Counted from the first letter of the stretch, positions 22,532 through 33,659 are shown. The stretch is 64,000 bases of DNA from Bacteroidales bacterium (GCA_045545875.1 JAZQBS010000022.1:845-64844); one strand, 5' to 3'. Program-made: numbers and translations. Notes: generated from the sequence alone by a model not told the origin.

Positions 22532-25500
22532 ATGAGAAGCAAAAATCTCTGCAAACGAATCGGCATGCTATTGTTAGCAGCTGTCGTCTCGCTGGTGACC
22601 TCAGCCCAAGTGTGGGCCCAGCAGACCATCACAGGTACCATTGTGGACCAGACCGGCGAACCCGTCATGGGTGCTACCGTGCTCGTGAAGGGTACCACCA
22701 ATGGTTCGACCACCGACCTCGATGGCCGTTATTCGATCAATAACGTCAGCCCTAACCAGGTGCTGGCAGTTTCGTTTATCGGCTACGCATCACAAGAAAT
22801 TCCCGTTGGCAACCGCACCGTCATCGACATCACGCTGCTCGAAGATTCCGAGCTGCTCGAGGACGTCGTGGTAGTAGGTTACGGTGTTCAGCGTAAATCG
22901 AACTTGACGGGCGCCATTTCCTCAGTCAAGTCGGGTGACATCGAAAACCGTACCGTCACCGATGCCAACCAGTCGCTGCAAGGTAAGACCGCTGGCGTAC
23001 AGTTGCTCAGCACATCGGGTACCCCTGGTAGCGAAAACGCCATCCGTGTGCGTGGTTTCTCGTCGAACACCACTTCCGACCCTCTCTATGTAGTCGATGG
23101 TGTACGTGTGAATTCGATTTCCAACCTCGACCCCTCCGACATCGAGTCGATGGAGGTTTTGAAGGATGCAGCCTCGTCGGCCATCTACGGTGCTGAAGCA
23201 GGCAACGGCGTGATCCTCATCACCACCAAGCGTGGTAACCGTTCGGAAGACGGCAAGATAACCTATTCCGCTCAGTTTGCTGCACAGAGCCTCGGCAAGA
23301 AAGCCAAGGTAATGAATGCCGAGCAGTACTTGGCATACAACCTCGATGCCGGCAACTTCGACAAGAGCCTCGCAGCGCAGTGGGACGGCAAGACCGACAT
23401 GAACTGGTGTGACGAAATGTTTGAGACCAGCTGGATGCAGCGACACAATGTCAACTTCCAGAAGGGCAATGACAAGGGCAACTTCTACGTTTCGTTCAAC
23501 TACACCGGCAATCAAGGCATCGTCACCGGTGACAAGGACAAATTCCAGCGCTTTGCAGGCAACGTGAACGCAGAGTTCGACGTGCGCAAATGGCTGCAGA
23601 TCTCCTCACAGAACACCATCTCCTACATCAGTCGCAACTCTTTGGCCGAAAACGACCCCTACGTATCGGTGCTCCGTGCTGCTCTCGCCCTCGATCCTCT
23701 CACCCCCAATACCTACAACGAAAGCAACCTGCCCGCCAATATGCGCGATCTGCTCGCCAACGGCCGCAAGCTGGTGGGTGATGGCGAAGGCAACTACTAC
23801 GGCATTTCCGTCTTCCAGATGGGCGACGACATCAACCCCAACATCCTCATCAATACTCGCGACCAACAGATGTGGGGCACCACCGTACAAGGTAACACCG
23901 CCCTCAACTTCAAGCCCATCAAGGGCCTCGTTATCACCTCGCGGCTCGGCTATCGCTTCGGCAACTTCACTAACCGTACCTTCCAAAGTGCCTACTATGC
24001 TACCGCTGCACGCAACGTGAGCGATCCGACCATCGACATGTCAACCCGTCAGCAAAAGTACTATCAGTGGGAGAACTTTGCAAACTATGCTCTCAGCTTA
24101 GGCCATAACGACATCAACGTGATGGTGGGTACTTCGTTCTCATCCGACCGCGCTGCCAATGTTCAGACGGGTGGTACCGGTCTGCAGGCCGACAAGCACA
24201 ACTATGCTTATCCAGACTATCTGGCCAATAGCGCTACCGGCCTTTTGCATGCAGGCAACGACCTTACTGTGAACAAGCTCTCGTACTTCGGTCGTGTAGG
24301 CTACAGCTATTTCAACCGCTATATGCTGCAGTTCACCATGCGTGCTGATGCCGCCGACCTCTCGGTGCTTCCCAAATCACAGCGCTGGGGTTATTTCCCC
24401 GCAGTCAGTGCAGGTTGGACCATCAGCCAGGAAGAGTGGTTCCCCAAGGAGCAGCAACTGCTCAGCAACCTGAAACTCCGCGCCAGCTGGGGCCAGAACG
24501 GTTCAATTGCAGGACTTCGCAACTTCGCTTATGCCAACGCCATCGGTTCGCAGACCGGTTTCTCCTACACTGCCGGCCAGCCTAACTGGAGCAATGCCTC
24601 GATGCCCAGCTCGACGGGCAATGAAAACCTGAAGTGGGAAACATCCGAGCAGCTCGACTTTGGTTTGGATGCCAGCCTCTTCAATGGCCGTCTCACCACA
24701 ACCATCGACTACTTCATAAAGAAGACCAAGGACCTTCTGGTCAGCAATACTATGCCAACCCTCACCATAGGCAACACCGTTTCGCCAGTTAATGCCGGTA
24801 ACGTTGAAAACAAGGGTTGGGAATTTGAACTAGGTTGGAAGGATAATATCGGCGACTTCAAATACAGCATCAATGCCAACCTCGCCACCCTCGAAAACGA
24901 AGTGACCTACCTCGACCACTCCATCGACCGCATCAATGGTGCTTCGTACAACAACAATACCGGCATCACCGCTTTCGAAGAGGGTTATCCCGTATGGTAC
25001 TTCCGTGGCTACAAGCTTGACCACATCAACCCCGACAATGGTAATCCGGTCTATGTGACCAAGGACGGCTCGCTCTCGGAGACCATCTCGTCGGATGACC
25101 TTCAGATGATTGGTTCGGCCATTCCCGACTTCACCTACGGCATCACGCTCAACATGAGCTACAAGAACTTTGACTTCACCATCTTCGGCCAGGGTTCGCA
25201 TGGCAACGATATCTATTCGGCACTGGTTAAGACCGACCGTCCTACCACCAACCGCCTGGCCACCTACTACGAGGATGCATGGACTACCCCTGGACAAAAT
25301 GCCAAATATGCACGCAGGGACTTCAAGGAGAACACCTATTGGAACAGCTCTGCTGTGATTTTTGACGGTTCCTATTTCAAGATCAAGCAGATTCAGCTTG
25401 GATATACGCTGCCCAAGAAGCTTCTGAAGAAGGCTTTGCTCAGCAACGTACGCGTCTATACTTCACTGGATGACTTCTTCCTCTTCACCAGCTATCCTGG

Positions 25501-25606
25501 TCTCGATCCTGAAGCATCGAGCGGCTCTACCACCTCACTTGGCGTTGACCTCGGAAGCTTCCCCAACTCCAAGAAAATCGTCTTCGGTCTGAATCTTACC
25601 TTCTAA
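22532..25606 (+). CDS. SusC/RagA-family TonB-dependent transporter
   Basis: 1024 aa. It contains TITGTIVDQTGEPVMGATVLVKG, a TonB box (EDVVVVGYGVQRK) and ends in ...LNLTF. Confidence 0.95.
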   Translation: MRSKNLCKRIGMLLLAAVVSLVTSAQVWAQQTITGTIVDQTGEPVMGATVLVKGTTNGSTTDLDGRYSINNVSPNQVLAVSFIGYASQEIPVGNRTVIDITLLEDSELLEDVVVVGYGVQRKSNLTGAISSVKSGDIENRTVTDANQSLQGKTAGVQLLSTSGTPGSENAIRVRGFSSNTTSDPLYVVDGVRVNSISNLDPSDIESMEVLKDAASSAIYGAEAGNGVILITTKRGNRSEDGKITYSAQFAAQSLGKKAKVMNAEQYLAYNLDAGNFDKSLAAQWDGKTDMNWCDEMFETSWMQRHNVNFQKGNDKGNFYVSFNYTGNQGIVTGDKDKFQRFAGNVNAEFDVRKWLQISSQNTISYISRNSLAENDPYVSVLRAALALDPLTPNTYNESNLPANMRDLLANGRKLVGDGEGNYYGISVFQMGDDINPNILINTRDQQMWGTTVQGNTALNFKPIKGLVITSRLGYRFGNFTNRTFQSAYYATAARNVSDPTIDMSTRQQKYYQWENFANYALSLGHNDINVMVGTSFSSDRAANVQTGGTGLQADKHNYAYPDYLANSATGLLHAGNDLTVNKLSYFGRVGYSYFNRYMLQFTMRADAADLSVLPKSQRWGYFPAVSAGWTISQEEWFPKEQQLLSNLKLRASWGQNGSIAGLRNFAYANAIGSQTGFSYTAGQPNWSNASMPSSTGNENLKWETSEQLDFGLDASLFNGRLTTTIDYFIKKTKDLLVSNTMPTLTIGNTVSPVNAGNVENKGWEFELGWKDNIGDFKYSINANLATLENEVTYLDHSIDRINGASYNNNTGITAFEEGYPVWYFRGYKLDHINPDNGNPVYVTKDGSLSETISSDDLQMIGSAIPDFTYGITLNMSYKNFDFTIFGQGSHGNDIYSALVKTDRPTTNRLATYYEDAWTTPGQNAKYARRDFKENTYWNSSAVIFDGSYFKIKQIQLGYTLPKKLLKKALLSNVRVYTSLDDFFLFTSYPGLDPEASSGSTTSLGVDLGSFPNSKKIVFGLNLTF

Positions 25607-25626
25607 TCTACACAATAAAAAATAAT

Positions 25627-27279
25627 ATGAAACGTTATATATTTATAGCAGCCCTTGCTGCAGGTGTACTGTCCTTCTCATCTTGTCAGGACGAGCTTGA
25701 CATCGAACAACATGGTGCCACTGCATCATCGTCATTCTACAGCAATGACACCGAGTGTATGGAGGGTCTCACTGCTCTCTATTCCATCTTCAACTCTATG
25801 CCATCAGTCGGCAACTGGTACACAGGCGAGCAGCACATCATCATGGTGCTCGGCGACGACTGCTACACTGGTGGAGGCAACCGTGGTAATGACGGACAGC
25901 TTGAGGAACTCAACGAGTTCCGCTATACAGCCGCCAACACCAAGATCTCGTCACTCTTCCAGCTCTATTACGGCACCATTTACCGTGCCAACCTGCTGAC
26001 CAGTAATGTACCGGGCGACACACCACTTCAGAAGCGCATCATTGCCGAAGCCAAGGTGCTTCGCGCTTTCACCTATCTGCGTCTGGTGAGCTACTTCGGC
26101 GAAGTACCGCTCGTGGTAGAGGAGATCACCGATGGCAGTTATGCCCGTCCATCTGCATCGATGGCTGAAATCTATGCACAGATCGAGCAGGACCTCACCG
26201 AGGCTATCGAGTCGGGCGCACTGCTCGAGAAAAAGAGCGTGGACGACAAGGTCGTAAACGTTACCAAGCAGACCGCACAGGGCCTTTTGGGCAAGGCATA
26301 TATCTATGAGAGCACCTTCCTGGGTGTCAACAAATATGCCGAAGCTCGCCGTGTCCTTGGCGAAGTCATCAATTCGGGCAAGTATGCCCTGGTGACCGAG
26401 GACTTTGACGACCAGTTCCACAAGGCTGGAGAGTTCAGCACCGAATCGATGTTTGAGAACAACCGCGTTCTCGATGCCAACAACCTCTGCTACATCTATT
26501 CCGTACAGCGCATGGGATGGCGTACCGAGATGTTCAACATCGATGAGTTGGATGCTGCCCAGAAATCGGGAGCCATCAACTGCTCACCCGAGTCATACGG
26601 TTTCTTCAACCCATCGCAGGAACTCTATGATGCATTCGTAGAGATGGAAGGCGAGGATGGCTGGCGTCTCAACGAGACCATGAAGACCTACAAGCAGCTC
26701 ACCCAAATCCCTCTCCGCATAGCTAACGGCAAGGCTATCTATGGCAATGCAGGCCTCTTCTGCACCAAGATGCCATCACGTGCCGAGGAACGTGTGGTGG
26801 TTCACAAGATTGCCCAGAACATCGTCTTCTTCCGCTATGCCGAAGTTCTCCTGTTGGCAGCCGAGGCAGAATTGCCAGCCAATGGCGGCAACCAGGCCCT
26901 CTGCGACAAGTATCTCAATGAGATCAAGACACGTGCCCGTGAGAAGGCCGACAAGATGCAAGGCAACTACACCCTTTCCGATGTGCAGAAGGAGCGCCGA
27001 CTGGAGCTCTGCTTCGAAGGCACACGTCATCCCGACGTTGTACGCTGGGGCATCGCTGCTCAGGTTTACCAGAACAAGGGTAAGATGATTCCTTCGATCC
27101 ATGGCATGTATGACAACTCCGACAATCAGAACGAGAAGAAGGAGAACGTCAACGGCTACAATATCAGCTATACCAATACCAATGGTCCAGGCTGGCAGGA
27201 CAAGTTCAAGTTCCTACCTATCCCACAAGCTGAGATCGACGTGAACAAGCAGATCGAGCAACATGCCGAGTGGAAATAA
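25627..27279 (+). CDS. SusD/RagB-family lipoprotein
   Basis: 550 aa with lipobox SFSSC. It lies directly downstream of SusC. Confidence 0.9.
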   Translation: MKRYIFIAALAAGVLSFSSCQDELDIEQHGATASSSFYSNDTECMEGLTALYSIFNSMPSVGNWYTGEQHIIMVLGDDCYTGGGNRGNDGQLEELNEFRYTAANTKISSLFQLYYGTIYRANLLTSNVPGDTPLQKRIIAEAKVLRAFTYLRLVSYFGEVPLVVEEITDGSYARPSASMAEIYAQIEQDLTEAIESGALLEKKSVDDKVVNVTKQTAQGLLGKAYIYESTFLGVNKYAEARRVLGEVINSGKYALVTEDFDDQFHKAGEFSTESMFENNRVLDANNLCYIYSVQRMGWRTEMFNIDELDAAQKSGAINCSPESYGFFNPSQELYDAFVEMEGEDGWRLNETMKTYKQLTQIPLRIANGKAIYGNAGLFCTKMPSRAEERVVVHKIAQNIVFFRYAEVLLLAAEAELPANGGNQALCDKYLNEIKTRAREKADKMQGNYTLSDVQKERRLELCFEGTRHPDVVRWGIAAQVYQNKGKMIPSIHGMYDNSDNQNEKKENVNGYNISYTNTNGPGWQDKFKFLPIPQAEIDVNKQIEQHAEWK

Positions 27280-27310
27280 AAATGCTGGAAACAATATAAA
27301 ACAATAATCC

Positions 27311-29326
27311 ATGAACAAGACCACCTTCCTAACCTCTGTCCTTCTTGGACTCCTTGCAACGAGCGCACAAGCCCGCGAGGTGCAGTCATTCAATGATAAT
27401 TGGCAGTACAAGAAGGGGACACTAATGACTTGGGGCGTCTATCCCGACATCATGATGCCACGCCCCGACACAGTTGTCAACCTTCCGCATACGTTCAATG
27501 CCAAGGACTTCATGTCGGATGCAGGATACTATCGCGGCAAGGGCTCCTATACCAAGGAGATTGAGGTGCCCGAGTCATGGCGCGGCAAACGTATCTTCGT
27601 GAAGTTCGAAGGTGCTGCCAGCGTTGCCAGCGTGATGGTCAATTTTGGCCACATCGCCGTACACAAGGGCGCCTACAATGCTTTTGCTGTAGAACTGACC
27701 GACTATCTGGATTACGGCAAGAAGAATTACGTTTCAGTAACCTGCGACAACACGCAGCAGTTCGATGTAGCTACCCAATCGGGTGACTTCAACATCCTGG
27801 GTGGCCTCTATCGTGACGTTTGGCTCGAATTGACCGATGATGTCTGCATCTCCCCGCTCTATTACGGCTCGGAAGGTGTGCTCATCCATCAGAAGGTCAA
27901 CGAGCAGCATGCCGAACTCAGCGCTGAGGTACATACGCTCTGCAAGGCTGACGGCTATAAAGGTTGTGAGATAGAGTTCAGCGTATTTGATGCCCAAGGC
28001 AATGCCGTGGCTTCGACCAAGACTGCCAATATCCAGAACGACCGTGCATGGCTCAACGTAAGCATCGATTGTCCACATCTTTGGAACGGCATGGCCGATC
28101 CCTACCTCTACAAGACTGTGACCATCCTGCGTCGTGACGGCAAGGAGATTGACCGCGTAGAGGATACCATCGGACTGCGCTACTTCTGGGTCGATAAGGA
28201 CAAGGGCTTCTTCCTCAATGGCAAGCATCTCAAGCTCCGTGGTGTAAGCCGCCATCAGGATTGGGCACAATATGCCTCAGCCCTCACCAACGAGCAGCAT
28301 GATGCTGACCTCGATATCATTCAGGAGATGGGTGTAAATTCCCTTCGTCTGGCTCATTATCCCCAAGCCCACCACATGTTCTACGAGGCAGACCGTCGCG
28401 GCATGCTCGTATGGGAGGAGATTCCTTTCGTGAGCAACTATGTCAAGGGACAGATGGACGAAAATCTGCGTTTCCAACTGCGCGAGATGATCATCCAGAA
28501 CTACAACCACCCCTCTATCTTCTGTTGGGGACTCTTCAACGAAGTGCCGGGCTATCATGATCCCATCACATCGGAACTCAACGACATTGCCCATGAACTC
28601 GACCCCATGCGTCTCACCACAGCAGCAACCTGCTTCGAAGGCTCATTCAACTTCATCACCGACCTGATGGGCTGGAACAAGTACTTCGGCTGGTACGAGG
28701 GACACATTGCCGACTTCGCCACCTTCTTCGATAATTGGCATGCCAAGTATCCCGACGTGAAGATCTGCATCAGCGAATATGGTGCAGGTGCAGCCTTCAG
28801 TCAGCATGTGAGCCAGTTCGTTGAAGAAAAGGATGTTCGTGCATCCGCCCGTGGACGCTGGCATCCCATGGAGAAGCAGACTGCCAGCCACCGCCAGCAT
28901 CTGCAGATGATCACCGAGCGTGATTACATCTGGGGCTCCTACGTCTGGAACATGTTTGACTTCGGTTCGGCCATGCGTCGTGAAGGCGACACCAACAACC
29001 TCAATGACAAGGGTCTCGTGAGCCACGACCGCACACGCCGCAAGGATGCATTCTATTGCTACAAGGCCAACTGGAACAAGCAGGAAGCTACCGTGCACCT
29101 TTGTTCGAAGGACTTCACCCAACGTCAGGAGGATGTCACCGACATCATCGTCTTCACCACTGCAACTTCTGCCAAACTCTTTGTCAATGGCAAGCAGATA
29201 GGCAGCTGCAAAACTGATGCTTACGCCACCTGCGAATGGAAGAACGTCAAGCTTCAGAAGGGCGTCAACCGGATTGAGGTTCGCACCGCTCAAGGTAACG
29301 ACAGTGCCGAGTGGACTGTTGAATAA
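27311..29326 (+). CDS. GH2-family glycoside hydrolase (beta-galactosidase/beta-glucuronidase-like)
   Basis: 671 aa with a signal peptide. It has a sugar-binding domain, a TIM-barrel motif (NSLRLAHYPQ), the acid/base motif WGLFNEV and the nucleophile motif ISEYGAG. Confidence 0.85.
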   Translation: MNKTTFLTSVLLGLLATSAQAREVQSFNDNWQYKKGTLMTWGVYPDIMMPRPDTVVNLPHTFNAKDFMSDAGYYRGKGSYTKEIEVPESWRGKRIFVKFEGAASVASVMVNFGHIAVHKGAYNAFAVELTDYLDYGKKNYVSVTCDNTQQFDVATQSGDFNILGGLYRDVWLELTDDVCISPLYYGSEGVLIHQKVNEQHAELSAEVHTLCKADGYKGCEIEFSVFDAQGNAVASTKTANIQNDRAWLNVSIDCPHLWNGMADPYLYKTVTILRRDGKEIDRVEDTIGLRYFWVDKDKGFFLNGKHLKLRGVSRHQDWAQYASALTNEQHDADLDIIQEMGVNSLRLAHYPQAHHMFYEADRRGMLVWEEIPFVSNYVKGQMDENLRFQLREMIIQNYNHPSIFCWGLFNEVPGYHDPITSELNDIAHELDPMRLTTAATCFEGSFNFITDLMGWNKYFGWYEGHIADFATFFDNWHAKYPDVKICISEYGAGAAFSQHVSQFVEEKDVRASARGRWHPMEKQTASHRQHLQMITERDYIWGSYVWNMFDFGSAMRREGDTNNLNDKGLVSHDRTRRKDAFYCYKANWNKQEATVHLCSKDFTQRQEDVTDIIVFTTATSAKLFVNGKQIGSCKTDAYATCEWKNVKLQKGVNRIEVRTAQGNDSAEWTVE

Positions 29327-29352
29327 AACCCGATTAGTTTTATATGTGTGTG

Positions 29353-29393
29353 GCCCGTCGGCATGAATATCATGTGCCGGCGGGCATTTTTTT
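29353..29393 (+). terminator. intrinsic terminator after the GH2 gene
   Basis: The stem GCCCGTCGGCA / TGCCGGCGGGC has one mismatch and is followed by ATTTTTTT. Confidence 0.7.
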
Positions 29394-29426
29394 GCCCGAT
29401 AATTTGCTTGTTTCACCAAAACATAT

Positions 29427-29434
29427 TATCTTTG
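29427..29434 (+). promoter_or_regulatory. -7 promoter box (TATCTTTG) only 4 nt upstream of the HTCS ATG
   Basis: Exact match. The geometry implies a leaderless or nearly leaderless mRNA, or use of the downstream Met22. Confidence 0.4.
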
Positions 29435-29438
29435 CCAC

Positions 29439-32400
29439 ATGAAAACACACATCTTCCGCAAAAGGCTTTCATCTGCCACACCCCGTTGGCTGCTCATTGG
29501 TATGGGCTGTCTTCTCGCCTTGTTGCTCATCACCGCTGCTACCCATTGGCTTTCGCCCCACGAAGGCATGCCTCAGCATGACTACATAAGGCTCAGCGAC
29601 CATCTGTCGAGCCAACAGGTCAAGGCATTTGCCGAAAGTCCCGACGGCTACATCATGATCGGCACCGAATATGGACTGAACCGTTTCGACGGACAGAACT
29701 ACATGCAGTACTTTTCGACCGCCGACAGCTGCTCTTTGCCCAACAACAACATTGTGGAGGTAAGTTACCTCACCCATCACCCCGACTGGTGCCTGGTGAC
29801 CACTTTTGTCGGCTCCTGCATACTCTTCCCCGACGGCACCACCTCACCGCTCAGCCCTGGGTACCATTCGCCCGTGGAGCTTTCGGACAGCCTCATCGTG
29901 GGCTTTTACGACAACCAGCTCATCCTCTTTGCCCTGCAGATGCCTTCACGCCGATACCAAACCATCCGCAGCATCAGTCTTGATGCCGTCATCGCACAGG
30001 TAATCCGCCAGTCGGACACAAGTTTCTGGGTAAGCAACGGTCGCGATTTCAAACTCTATGACCTGCAGTTCAACTACAAGGGGAAAACTTCGGAGGAAAT
30101 TGTGGTGCCTAACTTCTTCGCTCTCGACACGCTCCACACCCTTATCCTCACCAATGCCGGATTCCGCATCATGAACGCCGCAGACGGCTCGATCGTCAGT
30201 ACCCCACTGTGTGACTTCCTCGATTCCGAAATCCCAAAACCACACGACGTGCTCCGCGCCTTTCTTTCGAGTAATGTGCTTGCCATCCAGCAACGCGACG
30301 TAACAGGGTTGAAGCTCATTGACCTCGAACACATGACCGTCAGCCACTCCTCCTTCGAACCTATCGGCGCCACCGAAATTGGAGCCTTCCTTTGTGACAG
30401 CCACCGAAACCTTTGGTGCGGTTCGCGTAGTAGCGGCTACGTGACACATTTCGCCAACCGCACCACTTTCGTCGATGACGGAGAACTCTGCCACCACTTT
30501 GCCGGCAAGGACATTACCGCCATCGCACATCACCCCGACGGTCGGCTGTGGGTTTGCACCAGTCGTTCGAACATCACACTGTGCGACCTTGGCGGCAAGA
30601 TTTCTGAAATGGACATGAGCCAAGTAGGCGCCAACTACATCATGCACATCGCCAGCCGTGCCAACGGCAACCTCCTGCTTTCGGGCATCGGACACATCTA
30701 CGAATGCCGTGCCGATGGGTCAGACAACCTTCGGCTGCTGCATGACCTTTCGACCGACTACGAAATCTATGCTATCGCCGAAGACTCCCGCCGACGTATC
30801 TGGATAGGGACACAGTCGGGGTGCCGAATCATCGACCTCGACTCAGACACTTCGACCACCCTCGACAACAACCTGCGACAGGTCAACATCATCCACCAGC
30901 TCAGCGACGGGCGCATCCTAGCCGGCTCGTACAGTTCGGGTATCTCCATCATCGACCCCGACACCTTTGCTGAAACACATTACGACCTGCCCTGCGACAA
31001 GGAAGGCATGATCAGTTGCCGCGACGTGGCCGAGGACAGCGACGGCGCCATCTGGATAGCCACCATCGGCATGGGTGTGCTTCGCCTCGACCTCACCACT
31101 GGCGAAGTCCGTAACTTCCGCGCTCAGAACGCGTGCACCGACGTCTCGTGCATCGCTCTCGATGCTTCGACGGGCAACGTCTGGATAGGCACCCTCGACG
31201 GCCTTTCGTGCCTTGACCCCACGACAGGACGTTTCCACACCTATCACGAGAATGACGGCGTGCAGAGCAACGAGTTCTACGAGCGTTGTGCCACACGCTG
31301 CGATGCCCATACCCTCGTCTTCGGAGGCAAACAGGGCATCACCATCTTCGACCCTGCCGAGATTCATCCACAGGTGAGCCACAACCTGCTCGTTTCGAAC
31401 ATCGAGGTGAACGGGAACCTCATTCCGCCCAACATCCAACAAGGTGGCTACTTCCTCGCCCAACACGACAGTACAGTCTGCCTCACCCTCCCCCACGACT
31501 TCCATAATCTCATCATCCACCTCAGCACCCTCGACTTCGACAACCGCACAGGCAGTTCCATCTTCTACCGGATGGAAGGCGTGGACGAGGAGCGCATCTT
31601 CACGGCAAAACCAGTCGTAAGTTACCATTCGCTCGACCCGGGTTGCTATACCTTCGAGGCCTGGGCGCTCGACCAAAACGGGCAGACCGTCTGCCACATC
31701 GGGATGCCCATAGTCATCAGCCAGCCCTGGTGGCTCGCATGGTGGCTGCGGTGGCTGGTCTATCCGCTTTTCGGACTGCATGCCATCGCCTACATCGCTT
31801 TATTAACCACCAACTATCTGCGCAACAGGCGCCGCATCAAGCAATCGCTGCGCGAAAAGGCGGTTATCCAGCGCATGAGTGATGCCAACATGCGCTTCTT
31901 CACCAACATGGCGCATGAGTTCCGCACACCTTTGACGCTCATCTCGGGTGCCCTTGGCCTCATCGATGACCACCATCTGCCCGAGGGCGAACAGCATGCC
32001 CACCGCATCATCAGCAGCAATACGGGTCGTATGCTGCGCCTGGTGAACCAACTGCTCGACTTCAAGAAGCTGGAAGCCGATATGCTGAAACTCAACGTGC
32101 AACCCTATCGCGTGACGAATCTCATCGAATCGGTTGTCGAAATGTTCCAGAATGGATTCGAAGAGAAGCAGATTGAACTGGCTGTGGATACCCATTCGAT
32201 GGACGATCTCGTTTGGATTGACCCCGACAAATATGAGAAGGTGCTCTTCAACCTGCTTTCGAATGCACTCAAATATACTCCCACCTACGGCAAAGTCTCA
32301 CTCATGGTGAAACCCATCGACAGCCAGACCGCCGCCCGATTGGCTCCCCTACCCGATATTCCGACCGATTGCCGCTGGCTGCTCACACAGGTGAGCGACA

Positions 32401-33527
32401 CGGGCATCGGCATCCCCGACCAGTTGATGCCCTACATCTTCGAGCGATATTATCAGACGCCCGAGGGAGCAACCCATCAGAACGGTTCGGGCATCGGTCT
32501 TTACTTCTGCCGTGGTCTCGTGGAGTTGCATCACGGTGTAATCCGCGCCATCCACAACCCCGATGCCGACAGCGGAACGTCGCTCTATTTCCTACTACCT
32601 ATCGAGAAAACAGTTTATAGGCCTGACGAACTTAGCCAAGCCGTCGCTTTCGACCAAGCACCCAAGCCCAAAGAAACCGTTTCTGTGGTGACCGTAGATA
32701 CACCTTCGCCCGATGATGGCCGCCCGACTATCCTCGTGGTCGATGATGACACGGAGGTGTTGCGTTTCCTACGTCTCATCCTCCAACCTTCTTACCAAGT
32801 GGTTACCCAAAGTAGTGCCATCGAAGCCATTGCCTGGCTATCGGGAGCCACACCAGACCTCATCGTCAGCGATGTGATGATGGTAGGCATGGATGGCTAC
32901 GAATTTTGCAGCCGACTGAAGAAGGATATGACCTACTGCCATCTGCCCATCGTGCTGCTCACTGCCAAGGTTTCGATCGAGGAACGCATCCACGGCCTCA
33001 ACGTGGGAGCCGACGCCTATGTCACCAAGCCTTTCGACCCCGACTACCTGAAAGCACTGATCGGAAGCCTGCTCGACAACCGCGTCAGACTACGCCATCT
33101 GCTCACGTCGTCCACTTCGGTGCGCGACGTTCGGGTCGAGCCCTTGCAGGACGAGGGCGTCGAGGTCAATCCGGGAATCAAGGATGTCGCGGAAACTGCC
33201 ATCCTCGAGCAGGACTCCGTATTCATGACCAGACTTTACGCCTTCATGGAGGAACACATCTCCGATGCCGAACTCGACCTGCCCCAGCTGCTTGATGTGG
33301 TGGCGATGAGCCGATCGAAACTTTACTACAAGATGCAGAGTCTGGTGGGACAGTCGCCCAATGCCTTCTTCCGCACCTATCGCCTCAACCGTGCTGCCGA
33401 AATGATACGCGAGGGCAAGGAGAAGATTGCCTACATCGGCGAACTTACGGGCTTCAGCAGTTCGTCGCACTTTGCAGCCAGTTTCAAGAAGCAGTTTGGT
33501 GTCCTACCCAGCGAATACAAGGGATAA
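29439..33527 (+). CDS. hybrid two-component system regulator (beta-propeller/YYY sensor, HisKA, HATPase, receiver, AraC HTH)
   Basis: 1362 aa. The long periplasmic region has repeated propeller-like blades (...WIGT..GL..). It also has an H-box (AHEFRTPLT), SDTGIGIP, a receiver domain (ILVVDDD...DVMMVGMDG) and a C-terminal AraC HTH. Confidence 0.9.
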   Translation: MKTHIFRKRLSSATPRWLLIGMGCLLALLLITAATHWLSPHEGMPQHDYIRLSDHLSSQQVKAFAESPDGYIMIGTEYGLNRFDGQNYMQYFSTADSCSLPNNNIVEVSYLTHHPDWCLVTTFVGSCILFPDGTTSPLSPGYHSPVELSDSLIVGFYDNQLILFALQMPSRRYQTIRSISLDAVIAQVIRQSDTSFWVSNGRDFKLYDLQFNYKGKTSEEIVVPNFFALDTLHTLILTNAGFRIMNAADGSIVSTPLCDFLDSEIPKPHDVLRAFLSSNVLAIQQRDVTGLKLIDLEHMTVSHSSFEPIGATEIGAFLCDSHRNLWCGSRSSGYVTHFANRTTFVDDGELCHHFAGKDITAIAHHPDGRLWVCTSRSNITLCDLGGKISEMDMSQVGANYIMHIASRANGNLLLSGIGHIYECRADGSDNLRLLHDLSTDYEIYAIAEDSRRRIWIGTQSGCRIIDLDSDTSTTLDNNLRQVNIIHQLSDGRILAGSYSSGISIIDPDTFAETHYDLPCDKEGMISCRDVAEDSDGAIWIATIGMGVLRLDLTTGEVRNFRAQNACTDVSCIALDASTGNVWIGTLDGLSCLDPTTGRFHTYHENDGVQSNEFYERCATRCDAHTLVFGGKQGITIFDPAEIHPQVSHNLLVSNIEVNGNLIPPNIQQGGYFLAQHDSTVCLTLPHDFHNLIIHLSTLDFDNRTGSSIFYRMEGVDEERIFTAKPVVSYHSLDPGCYTFEAWALDQNGQTVCHIGMPIVISQPWWLAWWLRWLVYPLFGLHAIAYIALLTTNYLRNRRRIKQSLREKAVIQRMSDANMRFFTNMAHEFRTPLTLISGALGLIDDHHLPEGEQHAHRIISSNTGRMLRLVNQLLDFKKLEADMLKLNVQPYRVTNLIESVVEMFQNGFEEKQIELAVDTHSMDDLVWIDPDKYEKVLFNLLSNALKYTPTYGKVSLMVKPIDSQTAARLAPLPDIPTDCRWLLTQVSDTGIGIPDQLMPYIFERYYQTPEGATHQNGSGIGLYFCRGLVELHHGVIRAIHNPDADSGTSLYFLLPIEKTVYRPDELSQAVAFDQAPKPKETVSVVTVDTPSPDDGRPTILVVDDDTEVLRFLRLILQPSYQVVTQSSAIEAIAWLSGATPDLIVSDVMMVGMDGYEFCSRLKKDMTYCHLPIVLLTAKVSIEERIHGLNVGADAYVTKPFDPDYLKALIGSLLDNRVRLRHLLTSSTSVRDVRVEPLQDEGVEVNPGIKDVAETAILEQDSVFMTRLYAFMEEHISDAELDLPQLLDVVAMSRSKLYYKMQSLVGQSPNAFFRTYRLNRAAEMIREGKEKIAYIGELTGFSSSSHFAASFKKQFGVLPSEYKG

Positions 33528-33529
33528 GG

Positions 33530-33568
33530 AAAAAGCAGACAGGCGCGGCCTCACGGTCACGCCTGTCT
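33530..33568 (-). terminator. intrinsic terminator whose U-tract is on the minus strand
   Basis: The 9-bp stem AGACAGGCG / CGCCTGTCT has a 14-nt loop. On the minus strand it is followed by GCTTTTTCC. On the plus strand (HTCS 3' end) no T-run follows. Confidence 0.6.
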
Positions 33569-33656
33569 TCGTAGTAAACATTAATTTTGCTTATCTATTA
33601 GGAACCATACCTTGTAGTAAAAATGAGATTCTGTGGCCATAATAGCCTAACAACTG
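33530..33656 (-). ncRNA. candidate ~120-nt small transcript (orphan promoter plus terminator)
   Basis: A minus-strand TATATTTG box sits at 33660-33667 and the terminator at 33568-33530. No annotated minus-strand gene lies in between. Only a 19-codon ORF (MATESHFYYKVWFLIDKQN) is present. Confidence 0.3.
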
Positions 33657-33659
33657 CTG

